This document shows positions 47,674-64,000 of a DNA stretch of 64,000 nucleotides, piece after piece. How positions within the stretch are numbered: the stretch's first letter is position 1; the number at the start of each line of letters is the position of its first letter. The DNA comes from the human T2T-CHM13v2.0 reference genome, Homo sapiens: assembly GCF_009914755.1 (NCBI RefSeq), contig NC_060926.1; one strand, given 5' to 3'. The notes beneath the pieces were generated by a model, which did no database searches, was not told where the DNA came from, and saw only the letters and a program-made list of their open reading frames with translations. The position numbers were made by a program, and so were the translations under genes.

Positions 47674-50600
47674 CCTCAGGCGCCTCGCAGCAGGAGGCCA
47701 GGAGTTCACCCACAGTGTCTAGTTCTTTGTTATCTTTCTTTTTCCCTCCATTGGCACAAAGCCACCTAGAAAAAAAAAGGAGTATTAATTCATCCCTCTA
47801 TTCACACAAGAAGACAACATATTGTTTAAATAAGAAAGGAGCATGATTTCCCGAATCTTCAGCAAGACCTTGAATACAGTTTCCAAAGTAGGCCTGCTGT
47901 AAAAGTTCTGTGGATTATTATAAACTGCAGGTAGTTAAGAGTGTGTGTTTTTATCTTGAGTATGTAGCTGGTGACTTTTTAAAAAAATTAAAATGCCTCT
48001 GTGTTCCTGAAAGCTGAGTAAATTCACACAGTATTAAGTCTCTCACAAAACGAATTCAAGCAGCTCTAAGTGTATGTTCCCTTGTTTCGTGCCCTTGTGA
48101 AGTATTTAAGCATAAAGAGCTTTAGTGCCAGACTTACCTGATAATATGCTATGACTTCAGAAGAGCTTACAAAAGAGTGCTTTTATTGACTTTATAAATT
48201 AAGAACCTGGTATTTCAGCTCAGTTGGCCTTCTGCCCTTCTGAAACAATCATTCCCTTCTGGGACAATTAGTACATGTTTTATGGATATTTGCGTTGAAC
48301 TGGGTGACTTGCAGACACTCCCAAAGGAATTTTTAGTTAGAATACCACTTAAATGCAGTTGCCTTTTGTCACCATTGTTGTCCACATTAATTTAAATTAA
48401 GTAAGTAAGTTAAACATTACCTACAATGAAAAAGGTGGTCCTGAATTTTTAAAACTCCCCCCAAGGTTTAAAGTAGGAAAAAAATGTATTCTTTGCCATG
48501 TTCGAGGATAAGAAAATGTTGTAAAACATGAATACTTATTTTTACCTTTCTCTCCTTAGCAACTGACACCAGAATAAAAATCTCCCTGGAAAGGCTCCTC
48601 TGGTCCCAAGCGGTCACCTGCTCCGGCCCCAGAGCCCCCGGGGGTAGGGAGGTGGGCTCTGTGCCTCTTCCCCCTCCACCGTCCATCCTGCCACAGCAGT
48701 GCACAGGGTCAGCTCTTCCGCTCTAAAACTGGTTTTGTTTTTTGTTGTTTTGTTTTGTTGCAATTGCCCCGTGCTAAGTGCAGCCCACGGCCCTCATGTG
48801 GAATGGGAATCAGGTAGTAAAGTCAGTAATGTTGGTTTCGCCTGCCCCTCCTCACCACAGCCCAAGGGTCAGAGCTGTGGAATGGCCTCTTAGAACCCAG
48901 CTCTATCACGCCCTCCCATCTCCCACTGCTGCCCAGGAAGGGTAGGGACCCAGGTTCCTGCACCCCTCAGATCATTCTGTCTCCACTCACTTTCTTCAAT
49001 TCCTCCGCACCTACAGCACAGCCTATTTTTGACATTATCATAGCCTGCTTATGTGTGTCCTGGTTTACTAACTAGACAGGCTTTCGTGAGACATGGCTCC
49101 TACAGAACCCTAAATCCAACAGATGTTCAGTAAATGCTTTGATGAAAGTAGTGATGAGAAAGGGGAAAATTACAAAAAGCTTCCCACTTTCTGATCAGCT
49201 ACTGCTGTACTGTTTTCACTATTCAGTGATTTCACCATTCTGTGAATGGGCTCAGTTGTCTGCCTACAAATGTTGGTTTTGAGTCAAACTGAAGTTATTT
49301 GAAGACAGAAGGAGGAAATGGGCCTAAGTTTCGCCCCTGGCATTCCTGTGGCCATATCAAATATTTATATAGTGCTTAGAGTGGGCCAGGCATTTCACAT
49401 GTATGGACTCTTTTATCCATACTTTTAGCAGCCCTACGGTCCTGTAATATTGTACAAAGGACGACCTGGAGACACACAGAGGTTCAATTACATCCCCAGG
49501 GCCGTGTTGGTAAGCATGGAGCCGGGCTCTGATTCCAGGCTGTTGGCTGAAGTCTGTGGGCTTGGCCAGCCTACCGTGCTGCCTCACCAAGACTCAACCC
49601 CTGGTGATGTCAGTTTGGAATCTAAGGAGCCCAAAAGCTGCTCAGAAGAAAACTAGATCATTTACAACTAGCATATATCCTCACCACCCCTCCTCCATGC
49701 CTCCACCCCAAACCTGTTCTTCCTCTGCCTTCCCTGACTCAGTGACAGCCCCGTCCACCTAATTGCGCCAAGTCATAAATCTCCAGCCCCTCCCTCCCTG
49801 TCACCTCCAAATCTCATCCTCACTTCGCTGACTTTCTACCACCAAGCACCTCTGGACTCCGCCCTCCTTCGACAGTCACTGCCCAGCTCTGGCGCTCCTC
49901 GTGTTCTCCCAGGAGCTGCAAAGCTCTCTCCCCTCCAACACACATTGCCCCTCTGCCAGTTATTTTCCCAAATCGGGTCTAAACCCACCCCCCACCCCCC
50001 CCACCCCCACAATATGCAGCATCCTCCCAAGGCTCCTGTTGCCTAGAGGCAAGAGACAGTGTGTTCTGGTTGAGCTATCAGAGTGTGGCCCCAACACTTT
50101 TCCCATCCCCCGCCCTGCCTTGCGCCCTCGATCTCAGGCAAGCCATGGCCTCTCACACCCTGAGGCCTTTGCCTGTGTTGTATGCTCTATCAGAAATGTC
50201 CTTCTCTCTCTTCTTCCTTTAGGACTCTTGCTCTATGCCATCTCCCTTCAACCCTCCCTACCTCAGCTCCCCAAGCAGAGTTCATGGTTTCCGAGCACAG
50301 AGCTCAGACCTCCGTAAGGGCATGCACCGTCTGTGCCACATGCCTGGGTCTCTAGATGGAGCCTCCTTGTGCTGGCCCATGAGCTTTCTGTGCACACAGA
50401 TGCCAGTACCCACAGGGCAGGTAGGCACTACGGTTAGCGCTCCCTCCCCAACCTGACAGCTTGGTAGATTTTAAGATTAAGAAACTTGAGATCTTACAGG
50501 AAAAATATCACAATGATAATAGAGGCCACATACCAAAGAAGCATATCTAGGAAATGTTACACATCTAGTTTGTAATTACAAGTTTTATACAATTAATTTC

Positions 50601-51045
50601 CACTTACCAGCTCATCAGAAACTTTCCAGGTTTGCTCTTCTCTGCATTTTCAATGCGATGACTACATTTATTTAGCTTTATTAAGAATCCTATGCATACT
50701 AAGATTTGGCTTTTGCATGTTACCTGGTCCTCCATCTACACGAACAGCTCTCTAATTTCGTGTCAGTTAGTGCCTGCCGTCTGCTGATCCCCATAATGGC
50801 CCCAGAGCAGAGTAACTTGAGGTTTTATGATGCCTTGAGGAACTTTTATTAAAAGGACCACAATACCTAAGTAAATAATGCTCAAGGAGCTCCCCAGTTC
50901 TAAACCAGGAGAGCATGGTTGTGCCCATGATAATTTCAGGCCCAACACACACAAGTCTCTGCCACTCCTGAAGAGCAATCCCAAAACTCCAAGACCTGCT
51001 TCCCTTCTTTTCCCTCTGATGCTTATCACAAAATTCTCCTGATTT

Positions 51046-51379
<334 letters not shown>

Positions 51380-51824
51380 TCAGCCTCTAGCTCTTCCTTT
51401 TTCTAATCATCACCAACAGTGATGCCCACTGATTTGAAAGCTCCTGTGCTGTATGGAACATTTTACATTTGTTCATTTAACATACTAGATAAATCTACTT
51501 ATTTACAGCTATAGTGATTCCAGATTTGGTCACAGCAGATTAAAACAAAACCTTTAAGTTAAAATTAATGTTAAAATCAGTGACTATATTAATACTACGG
51601 GAATCAACTCAAAAGTACAGATATTGAAATCAGTAATATCATGGTTTAGAAAAGACATATCAACATGGGTTGCAAAAGGCTCAGACTTCAAGTAAGGGAG
51701 CTGGCAGCTGGGGAGGGATTACTGTAAAAACACAGTTAATAAAATGTCAATTTTGGCTGGATGATTTAATCCCTCTTTGCTTTTTCCCTACCTATAAAGC
51801 AAAGATAAATCTCTCTTGTACTAA

Positions 51825-52146
<322 letters not shown>

Positions 52147-54542
52147 AGCTCCAACAATTTTAAATGGACATTATTTTATAATAGAGATGTTTGATCATTA
52201 ATAACCCTTTCTTCAAAGAGTGAAATATGCACCTGTGAGCCAGCAAGCCTCACCACAGCCTCTCAGCTCCCCTGTTTGGGGTGTTTGCTTGAAATGGCAT
52301 TGAGCCAAATGGCTCCACCCCACTCGGTGTCAGTCAGAAGCAAGAGAGGTTCACTGGAGGTTAAGGCCAGGGCGCTTGAGCCCAGGGCTTTTTGGTAACT
52401 GTGTTGCAACTATTGAGCCTCCCTTGGAATGATCACTCTACAGTGAAGCCACAGGAAAAGAATGTGAGAGACCTAGGTTCTTCTAGCTGCCAACAAGTGG
52501 GTGACACCCAACATGACATAGCTGCTTCTGCCTACATTCTGAAACAGGGAGAGCTGGCTGCTGGCTTCTTGGCAACTGGGTCTGGGTCAAGTCCCAAGTA
52601 TTTGACAAGACTCACCTGAGACTCCAGTCATCCTGGCAGTGGCAGGCAGGTATGGTGGGGACGGGTGTCAAACCTTCATAAGCAAGCATGCTCAAGACAG
52701 TGTCACGGAAGACACAGGAAAACAGAGCCTGTGGATACCAAACAACCGAGAGCTAATCCACAGTCAGTGTGTTCTCTAAGTTTGAGAATCAACTTAGAGA
52801 GTAATCAAATGCCATCTTCTGAGCCAGACACTGTCACTAGCACCTGCCACGGCTGCCACGTGTCCAGGTGCTCTGTAATGAGTGCTGTGGGCTGAACCCA
52901 AAATCTCATGCAGAAACACCCACCCATTGGCAGTACCACCACTAGAAGGAAAATACGGGGTTTGGAAACAAGATATCTGGGTTCTAGTCCCAAACTTATT
53001 GACTATGAGACTGAATTGCGTTATTTGATCTCTCTGGACTTTGTTTCTCCATCTACAAGGTGGGTAGAACCCTGTCTACTTCCAAGGGTTGTTTTAAGAA
53101 TCAAATGAGCTCAGGTATGTGATCACATTGAGCACTGAATTCTGCCAAAAGAAGGTACATGTCATTATCATCCTGAATAACTACAGTAATTGTTGATCAT
53201 CTACCATATGCTTGTCTCTATGCCAGATGATGAGGACGTTTTAAAAATATGAGATATAGTTTTTGTCCCTTAAGCAGCTTATGCTACAGTGAGGGAAAAT
53301 GGGGAGGTGGAAAGTTTAATATTGACCTAGTTCCTGAAATGTGCCTGGCATTGTCTGAGATACTTTTCTTAAACCAAAACAAACACAACCTTTGGTGATA
53401 GGAATGATTATCCCGTATCCCACAGCTGAGGAAAGTGAGGCTCAGAGGGTAAGAAACTTTGTCACAGAGCTGGTGGTGAGGGTGGAGATTTTACACTCCC
53501 TGCCTCCCACACCAGTTTCTCCAGAGTGGAAAGACTTTCATCTCGCACTGGCACGACCTTGAGACCCCGGGTTCTGATGAACTGGGGGGACAGGTGCTTG
53601 GATGTCAGGGTGAAGGCTCTGCCATCATCTTTCAGCCCCCTGAGATGTCCCTTCAATATGGGCTGTTTCATCAGGGCTGAAGTCCCTGAATGTGGGGAAT
53701 TCCACACATGGATTAGGTAACATGTCCAACCAACAAGGATGTGGAGGAATTGGACAGGGTTCCTACTGCCTAGTCTTTAAAGAAGATGAACGCCATCTGC
53801 CAGCGTCTGTCTGCCAGGCATTGTGTGAGTCTTTAAGTACTTTATTCATAGTTAACTCCACGTCTCTTGATGTATTTTCCATGTTTTACAGATAAGAAAA
53901 GCAAGGACTGGCAGCGAAGTAGACTAAAGATAAAAATCAGAGGCAGCCCTGGCATGTGAATCTGTATCTGCCTCAGTTCCTCCCTCGGAATTGTGCGGAA
54001 CTGAGTCAAGTAAAGGCAGAGCCACTTGCGATGAGTGGCTTCACGAAGGACAGCGGAGGTGCTTGGGGAGTCCTCCTACTGGGATGGGAAGGGTTCCTGG
54101 AAGAGCTGGCATTTGAAGTTGGCCACTAAAGATGTAACTTGGGTGGCAAGGGAGAGAGGAAAAGCACAGGCAATGCCAGGCGCCTGAGATTCAGGACGCG
54201 CTCAGAGAACTCTGTGACAGGGGTGCAGTGACTCTACTGAGATCACCCTGCTGGTCAATAGAAGAACCTGGACTAGAACCCAGGTCTTGTAACTCTAAAT
54301 CTACTAGCCACCTCCCAACCCCACTCAATGCACCCATGAGCCTGTTAGTACCGTACCATATGGTCTCCAATGGGAGCGGGGGTCCCAAATTAGTTCTCTA
54401 CTCTGAAACTCATGGCTTGGGAAGGTACCTTCAAAGATCCTCTTTCTTTGAAAAAACACTACCTTTGAGTTTAAAAAGATTATTGCCAAACAAATAAAAA
54501 GATGAAAAACCTCACTCATAACTTAAAAAAAAAAGCAATTCA

Positions 54543-55025
<483 letters not shown>

Positions 55026-55364
55026 CAAATGGCAGCTGTGCATTCCCTTTTCTCAGTAACTCCGATTCTAGGAATTTATCCTATGGCAATACCTGATCAA
55101 GTGTGCAAAAATGTAGTTAGAGGAATGTGTTATTGTGAATGTTTGTAATTAAGAAAAGCTAGGGGAAAAAACCCTAATTGCTCACCAATACATTCAAGTT
55201 ATCATATAGCCATTCAAGGAAACACCATACAGCCATTTTTTAAAGTGAACTAGATTTCTATGTGCTGATGTGGAAAATGTTTAAACCATAGAAAGGAAAA
55301 ACAAGCAAGCTGTGGAAGATTGTGCAGTCCGAATCCCATTTGTCTAAGAAAATAAACCATGTGA

Positions 55365-55869
<505 letters not shown>

Positions 55870-55871
55870 TA

Positions 55872-56235
<364 letters not shown>

Positions 56236-57175
56236 CAGGGTTCATGGCAACAGGTCATAGATAGAGATTTTCATTTCTGTTTTAGAGAGCTATTAGAGAC
56301 AAACTAAACAATCCCATATTCAAATTGACAAAATAGACCCAATGTTTTTAATTACTACAGCTATGGTCTAATAACCTCAGGCTCTTCCTGTTCTTGTTTT
56401 TGGCTTTATGATTGGATATTTCTTCATTCATCCCCTATTTATTTTGTGCCTACCATGTATTAGGCTCAAGGACTTTCATCTTCTGCAACGGTGGGGGGGG
56501 TCATTTAAAAGAGCCCTAGCTATGCTACAGAAGGGAGGAGACTGGGCGCAGAACGCATGCCTGCAGAGGACTGCATCCATTCAGTAGACATTTGCTGGAT
56601 ATTTTCTATGTATATACCAGGCACCAGGAACATAAAAATGAAGGTGGTACAACCGCTGCCCTCTCTGGAAAAGCTCACACTTGGTGGAGACAGACACAAA
56701 CAGGAAAGCCCATAAGACAAACATGGTGATGGGCAATGCAGAAGGCGCTGTGGATCCCACAGGACACCTTGTCCAGCCTAGAGGGTTGGGAAGGCCACCT
56801 GGAGGAAATGAGCCAGGCTGGAAGTTGAGTGGAGTGGGCCAAGCATGGAGGGAAGGAGCAGGGAATGCGGGGACGGTGCTTGGGAGTGAGCAGTAAGGGA
56901 AGTGCTGGGCCGCCAAGGGGAGGCTGAGCTCAGGAGTGTGGACTTTATGGTGAGTATAACTGAGTGACAAGAAATCTGTGTTTTATAAAGGCCACTCCAG
57001 TGGCAGTGTGGAGCCGGGTCAGAGGAAATAGAAGAAAGGCAGGTAGAGGGACACTGTTCCCAAGTCAGTCACTTTGGCACCACCCTGATGACTTGTACCC
57101 TATTTGGGACCATCTGTGCTGTTATTGACTAGCATTTTTCTTAAATTAGCGTGCTTAGAAAACATAATTGATTTG

Positions 57176-57701
<526 letters not shown>

Positions 57702-57859
57702 TCACCTCCTTCCCTTGGCTTCCACGCTTCCATTGCTTCCGACCTCGGTGTCCCCGTCTTCTGTCTCCTCCACTGGCTCTTCCTCCCAGCCTTTCTGTGT
57801 CGGAGGCTCCTGGATCCAGCATGGGTCCCATCCTCTTTCCTTCCTGCCTTCTCATGGCT

Positions 57860-58400
57860 TTAAATGGCCTCTAGACGTGGGCGGCGCCCAGATGTGAGCT
57901 TCAGCCCAGACTTCTCCCTTGCACTCCAGCCTCGTACCCAGGAGCCCACCTGATTCATGGATTTTTATCTCCCATACATCTTGAGCTTAGCACGTCCAAA
58001 ACAGACTCTCGTTCTCCCCCAAATCTTCTATGCCCCAGGTCTTCTGTATCCCAGGGGATGGCAAATCATTCCTCCAGTTGCCCAGCTGGAAACGCTGTAG
58101 TCATCCTTGATTCTCTCTTTCTCTCACACCCCATATCCAATTTTCAGACAATCCTGCTGGTCCCACCTTCAAAGCATATCCAGAATTCGGCCACTTCCCA
58201 CCACCTCACTCTATTGCCCTCGGCCTGCATCATGGCAATGGCCTCCTACCTGGTCCCCACCACGCAGCAGCAGAGAACTATTTTAAAATGTGAGACCCTG
58301 TCACTACCCTGCTCCAAGCCCCTCCAAGGCGTCCCCACCTAGCCCAGAGGGAAAGCCACAGTCCTTACGGAAGCCGGCAAGGCCCTGCTCAATCCGCTCC
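57860..58400 (+). mobile_element. L2 fragment
   Basis: gtcatccttgattctctctttctctcacaccccatatccaa pattern. Confidence 0.6.
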
Positions 58401-58649
58401 CCTGCGCCCACTATCTCTGACCGCAGCTCCCGCCTCCCTGTGCCCCACCAGCCACCCGGGTCTCCTCAAGGGTCACAAAACACACCAGGGTCCCTGCCTC
58501 AGGTACAGTCCCACCTTCGTGGCCCCTCATCTCCTTCAAGCCTGAAAGCCTCGCTCCTCCCCGCCTCCCCAGGGCCTGCCTGCTTTACCTTCCAACCAGC
58601 CACACCATTTACTTGTTTTTGTATTGCCCGTTACCCCAACTAGGAAGGC

Positions 58650-60370
58650 GAGGAGTTGTGTCTGTTCTGTTGACTGCCCTGTCCCCGGCGTCTGGGGCCG
58701 CGCCTGTCCGAGGGTCAGGTCCGACGCTGGGCATGTGGGGACTCAGTGAGCGGACCCTGGGAAAGACGGCAGCTCGGGAAGGACAAGTGGGGGCCGTCGC
58801 GGTGGAGTGGTGCCCGGGGCCGGCCCGGGGCGCGCGACTGCACGGGCAGCGTGGGGCGGCCGCGCGGGGAAGTGGCGCCCGGGAGGCTGCGGGGCACAGA
58901 CATCGCGGAGCCCCAGGGACTGCCGCCGAGGGGACCGCGGGAGCTGCGAGGGCAAGAAATCCTAAAAGCGCGCGGCCGCGGTGGGCCAGGAGAAGGGACA
59001 TTCCGGAGACGGCTCTCGGGGGAAGCCACGGGACTCGGGCGTGACAGCCTGCGAGAACCGAGAGGTGAGACGCGCGACCGGGGAGCGCGGCGACCGGCAG
59101 AGGCGCCCCCGCCGGGCGAGCGCAGGGGCAGCGCGGGGCGCTGGGGCCGGAACAGCGGGCAATGTGGGCACGGGGCGCGGAGGCCTGAGTGAGCGAAGAA
59201 GGAGGCGGCTGTACGGCCGGGGCTCGTCGCGAAGGGGATGGCCGGGGACGGCGGGGACGGCGGGGGCGGCGGGGGCGGTGGCGGGGCGCGAGCGGGGGCG
59301 CTCTCGGTGCGCGCGGAGGTTGGCGGGTGCGCGCCGCAGCCGCAGCGCTCCCTCTCCTGTCAGGGCAGGCGCGTACGGCCGCGAGTCGGGCGCGCAGCCC
59401 CGGGAGCGCAGTCCCGGGCGCAACCTCGCGGAACGCGCGGCCCCCGCCCCCCGCCCCGCGCCGCTCGTCCCCGTCAGCCCCGCCCCGGCGCTCTTCTCGC
59501 CGACCAATCAGGAGGCGCGACCGGCCTCCCAGCCCCGAGGCCTCGCCCCCAGCCGGCGCATCGCCAGCCAATGAGCGGCCGAGCCCGGCGCCCAGTGCGC
59601 GCAGCCCGCGCGGAGCCGGCTCAGAGCGAGAAAAGCAAACCCAACCCGTCGGGGCCGCCGCTCCGGACCCGCAGCCGCCGCCGCCGCCTCCTCCCCCCGG
59701 ATCGGGTGTACTGTCCCAACCCGAAAGTCCAGTTCTGCGGCCCGGCAGCGGCGAGCGGGCGCGATGACACAGGAGTACGACAAGTGAGTGAGGCGCAGGA
59801 GTCCGGCCGCCGCGGGGGGGCCGCGCTGAGGGGCCGCACCTGCAGCGAGCGAGCCGGGCGCAGACCCGAGGCCGCGCGGGCGGGCGGGCGCGGGGCGCGA
59901 GCCGGGGGCCGCTGTCCACTCCACGCCGCCACGGCCTTTGCCCCTTAGCCCTGCCGTGCTCTTTGTTCGGTCGGAGCCTCGGGAGGAGAGACCCTGTCCT
60001 CGGGGAAACTCGACACCGGAGGGGCCACCCTCCTCCCCTCCTCCGCGGCCAGGTTGGGTCCCCTCGGGCGCGCACCTTGGGGTCCGGGCCCCCGGCGCGG
60101 TCGGGTGCGGCGCGAGGTCGGGGCGCAGCCAACGCCCCCGGGCCTCCCCGCCCCCCTCTCCTGCCCGGTCGGCCTCGGGAGCCTGGTGGGGCTCGCGCCG
60201 CGTCGGGACAGGTGGACTTCTCCAGGTAATCTGTGGTCTCAGGCTCGTCACTCGGCGACCTGCTGGAACCTCCAAAACAGAAATGTAGGGAAAGGTTGAA
60301 GTGCCCCGATGTCCGGGCGTTTTCTTTTCCCTGGCTGGCGGCATGAGTGGGAAAACGGCTGTAGGAGTTA
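58650..60370. promoter_or_regulatory. GRHL1: CpG island and TATA-less GRHL1 promoter
   Basis: Very high GC and CpG density; GC boxes ~59441-59486; CCAAT boxes at 59504-59508 and 59568-59572 upstream of exon 1. Confidence 0.92.
59764..59783 (+). CDS. GRHL1: GRHL1 exon 1 coding part: MTQEYD(N); 5'UTR starts ~59620
   Basis: gcgATGACACAGGAGTACGACAA|gtgagt; joins exon 2 in frame (AA|C). Confidence 0.95.
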
Positions 60371-62844
60371 TTTTGCCACTTGCATCATTGATGGTAATTA
60401 CAGATTACCGTGTTTTTAGTGCTCGAGAGAATCAAGAGGATGAAACTTTGAAATCCGGGTGTTAAACGAGAAAGTACTGTACAAGCTAATATGCTTTTTA
60501 GAGTGTGTGATTTAAAAGCGTATTTCGACAAATGTGAGGTGGTAGTGTAATAAGGCATGGGGGATTAACTGGGCGAGGGAGTTTTCTGTATTTTCTTTGC
60601 AGCTTTTCTGAAAATATAAAATTGTCCTAAAAATTTTAAAAACTTACTAAAGAAAAAACAGGGAAATCGCACCAGGCCAGTCAGTATATTTCAGATCAGG
60701 AAGTTTAAGGCAGATAGGTACCCCTCCCAGTTTCTTAGTTATTTGTGAAGGATCGGTTTTTGTCAGTGTGTTCTTTTTCTGGATGAGATAGATATTTTGT
60801 ATGGAGTATCTTAAATGGATTACTCTTATGTTGTAGAATATGCAGTTAAATTATTGCCTGAAACATATTTCAGAAGTCTGAGAGATCGCAGACGCGGAGT
60901 TTAAGGCTCACCTGAAAGTGATGATGAGCCTTCGGCGACTGAAGCCTACTTCCTGACTGTCATGAGGAAGTGGACTAAGAAAGGCAACTGGTTTTGTGTT
61001 TATTTCTTGACGTATAGTTTAGATAAGGCAAATTTTCCAAAGCTAACATTTTGGCCTTAGGCAGGCTTTGGAAATATGAAACACCTTCAGGGTGATTCCA
61101 AACATAAAGCCATTTCTTTCTCTGTTTTCTATTGCTTGTACAAATTTGGGATGTGGGTGGGAGAAGAAGGGAAGTTGAAAACTAGCATTAAGGGAATTGA
61201 ACAGCCAAGTGCTGTCATAGTCTTCTGGAAGTAGCTATTACGCTATTAATTATAGCTTAGCAGTACATCAGTCAATCAGTCCATGGCACCAGCCGTTCAG
61301 TAGCTGTTGTACTCTGGTCCTGATGGCTCAGGGAATGCCACTTTGTATATTTCTTTATTTTCTTTAAAGTTGAGATTTGTGTAAGCAATCTTCTCCATTT
61401 TTAGACAAATGATCTGCTGGCTTTGAACAGTCTTTTATGTTTGTTTTGTGTTAAAATAGTATACCACCTCAAGACTTTCTTACCAAATGTAACGTTTATG
61501 CCAAAACGTGAGTAAAAACATTGGCTTTCAAATAACACTTCATTTTGACTGAGGATACATTGTTGGATTTTTTTCCCCTTTTTTGAAGATGTTCTCCTTT
61601 TTCTAAATCTGTATCTGTTCTTAAAGGCCCTGGGTGACTCCCAAACGCTAACCTTTGTTGATTACTTGAAAAGATAATCAGTCTTTCTACATTCACTTTT
61701 AAAATAGGCAGGTCACCTTTAGGCCATTTACATATTTCATTTGTGTGTTGCAATGAGAGCCAGTCCTTCAATTTGCTTGTTAGAATTGTAATAATTCAGA
61801 GGAGTTCCAAACATTTAAAATTTATTTTTCTCCTTGAAAATAAACTGCTTTGTTTTGCTAGAGTCAGTGTTCCATTTTTTCTCTTTATTGACTTATTAAA
61901 TAGTACCAACCGAACAGTTGTTGAGACTGTTTACATTTCAAGTTTTTGGAATTAGTAATGTTTGCTTTAATCTTTTAAATTAAATCTTCTGTAAGGTTTC
62001 ACTAAGATCGCCATTGATTTTTTTGGATTTTTCCCACCAAACTACAGTGTTAAAATGAAACAGTTCTTGTGCAATGTGGAAAACTAGCAAAGATTTTTTA
62101 AAAGCCAGATTTTCCCACCTATTTTTTTTAAAACTTTTTGTTCAGTGGCTTCATTTATTGTTGGATATCCTTAAGTGTTTATCTCTAAGATAAACAGTTA
62201 ACTCCCATGCCAGAAAATTATGCCTCTTTATTGATTTACAGTCCCCTTTGGCCACATTCCATGCTCAATCTGCTGGTAATCAGTAGAATATTCTGGCTTT
62301 CTCATATACCCTGGAGGATTGCGTGAAGGATCCCTTTTTCTTTCTGCTGCTTCTCCCCTCCCCACTGTGTTCAGGTAGGAATTTTTAAGGCATGGCAGCC
62401 ACAGTAGAAAGAGGGAATAACATGTAGCAGTGTGATGAACGGCACACGCTCTTCTCAAGAGGGGACAGTCCTGATTGTGTGTTGGAAGAGAACAAGTATT
62501 CTCTTTTCTTTACTGTGTCCTTGTGTTTGTTTATGGAAAGTATTTGAATAGCCTGGCATTTTCTCGGGGATGGTTTTGTTTCGCTTTTTTGCCAAATAGT
62601 ATACCCTGGGTTCCACGTGTAGGTGAACTGCCAGTTCTCTGGCTGCCTAGATACTTTATGTCTTACTGTGGGACCCATTGGTCTGCACTTACGTGGTTTG
62701 TCTTCTGGTCTTGTCTTAATTTGACTTCCTAGGGTCATTGATGAAACAATAGGCTATTTTATAGGAATGTCAAGGAATTGGTAGCTTATGATACCTTGCA
62801 GTAGAAAAGTGTGTGTTTTTGTTTTTTTTTTAATTTCTCTGAAG

Positions 62845-63031
62845 CAAACGGCCAGTGTTGGTTCTTCAGAATGAAGCACTTTATCCACAGCGGCGGTCCT
62901 ACACTAGTGAGGATGAGGCCTGGAAATCCTTCCTGGAAAACCCTCTCACTGCAGCGACCAAAGCGATGATGAGCATCAATGGAGATGAAGACAGCGCCGC
63001 TGCGCTGGGCCTGCTCTATGACTACTACAAG
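62845..63031 (+). CDS. GRHL1: GRHL1 exon 2: [62 protein letters not shown]
   Basis: Grainyhead-like N-terminal activation motif ([35 protein letters not shown]); ctgaag acceptor, AAG|gtgggt donor, 187 nt. Confidence 0.97.
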
Positions 63032-64000
63032 GTGGGTTTGCCTGCCTTTAAAACCCTTAACAGCAGTCTCCAATGCACTTGATTCAGCAGCATAGAAACA
63101 GACATTTGCTGGTAGAATGCCATGCAAGTTGCTTCTGTAGTGACTATAAATAGTTTAATGAGTACTTTGACTTACTGTGATTCGAAGCTAAAAATCTGTG
63201 ATTGTAGAATCAAAGGGTTGTTTTTAAAACATGCAAAGCGGTCAGCTGCTGTGGCTCTATCCAGAAGGTGAAGCTACCGTAAAAGAAGATGCTAGATGTG
63301 CCTTCTTGGGTTTGAGCATCTCACTGAAGGTGGTTCTTAGTGCCATGGAAAGTGGGCAGGGGTCATTTACCTTTTCACCTTTGTTCCTGGGTAGTCAGGA
63401 TGATTTCCTTTCCCTAAATGATACTACAGAGCCTTTGAAATCATATTCTGTAGTCTAGGACTGTCCAGTTCCAAGATCAGGATATGTTTTGTTGCCTGTT
63501 TCTAGAGATTTGGAGTACTCTTAATTAAATATAATCTATACTCTGCATGGAATTTTACATGATTTTCATTATCTGGAAGTGACACTACTGATTTGTCTCA
63601 TCATCATTGTCCTGATAACACTAGCTGCCACTATTATGCTAGACATGTTACCAGCCTGCGTGCGACTTCTCACTCAGAGGTCACAGCTAGGATGTGTGCA
63701 TCTGGGGCCCTAGTCTGGTCCATGGCCGAGGCCACTGTCTTTCTAATGCAGCGTGCATACCGCTCTCCTTCTGGATTCACCTCTCCATTCTTCCTTCTGA
63801 CCAGAAACACACATTTGGGGGTGGCTACGTCTTTAGGGTGCTACTTAAAACAGCAGACTGAGTTGAAGCACAGCTTTGCCACAGGGCCTTTGTCTCATTG
63901 TCACTCTGTGTGACTAACCTGTGTAATCATTGTGTTGTCATCAGTACCTGTATAAAAACAGGATCTGTTTGGGATTACCAGAAGCTTCTTAATGACAGTG

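Noticed and set aside
49450-49560. Peptide YIPRAVLVSMEPGSDS resembles tubulin YVPRAVLVDLEPG
   Set aside because: The DNA matches a MIR core (gagacacacagaggttcaattac...ggtaagcatggagccgggc...gattccagg) and no flanking tubulin similarity exists; coincidence
48138-50641. SH2-like fragments (KPGKFLMS; HSFVSSSEVIAYYQ) in minus-strand segments
   Set aside because: They fall in different frames of the joined segments and lack the FLVR arginine; too weak to name a family
58609-60344. Long ORFs (507 aa, 278 aa, 236 aa and others) over the CpG island
   Set aside because: Low-complexity Arg/Pro/Ala/Gly translations in many frames, expected from stop-codon scarcity in very GC-rich DNA

Overview
Human (AluYa5-bearing) genomic DNA, recognisable as the TAF1B-GRHL1 locus (2p25). 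The + strand carries the last seven coding exons of TAF1B (RNA Pol I SL1 subunit; 12.8-41.9 kb), a ~17 kb Alu/MIR/L2-rich intergenic region, and the CpG-island promoter plus exons 1-2 of GRHL1 (59.6-63.0 kb). The last TAF1B intron holds a near full-length, antisense-oriented ~6.4 kb L1PA element (about L1PA5-6) with a nested AluY. The best finding is in that L1's 5'UTR: it keeps an intact, Kozak-initiated ORF0 pointing at the TAF1B terminal exon about 0.7 kb downstream, and two donors inside ORF0 are both in frame with that exon, predicting 130-aa and 147-aa ORF0-TAF1B fusion proteins. Other observations: the L1 has no visible target-site duplication; there are two short dispersed duplications and a perfect 37-bp tandem duplication in the intergenic region; a chain of minus-strand exon-like segments at 45-51 kb; a young AluYa5; and an enhancer-like unique block bracketed by T26/A23 runs. 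Repeat subfamily calls are by eye and boundaries are approximate.
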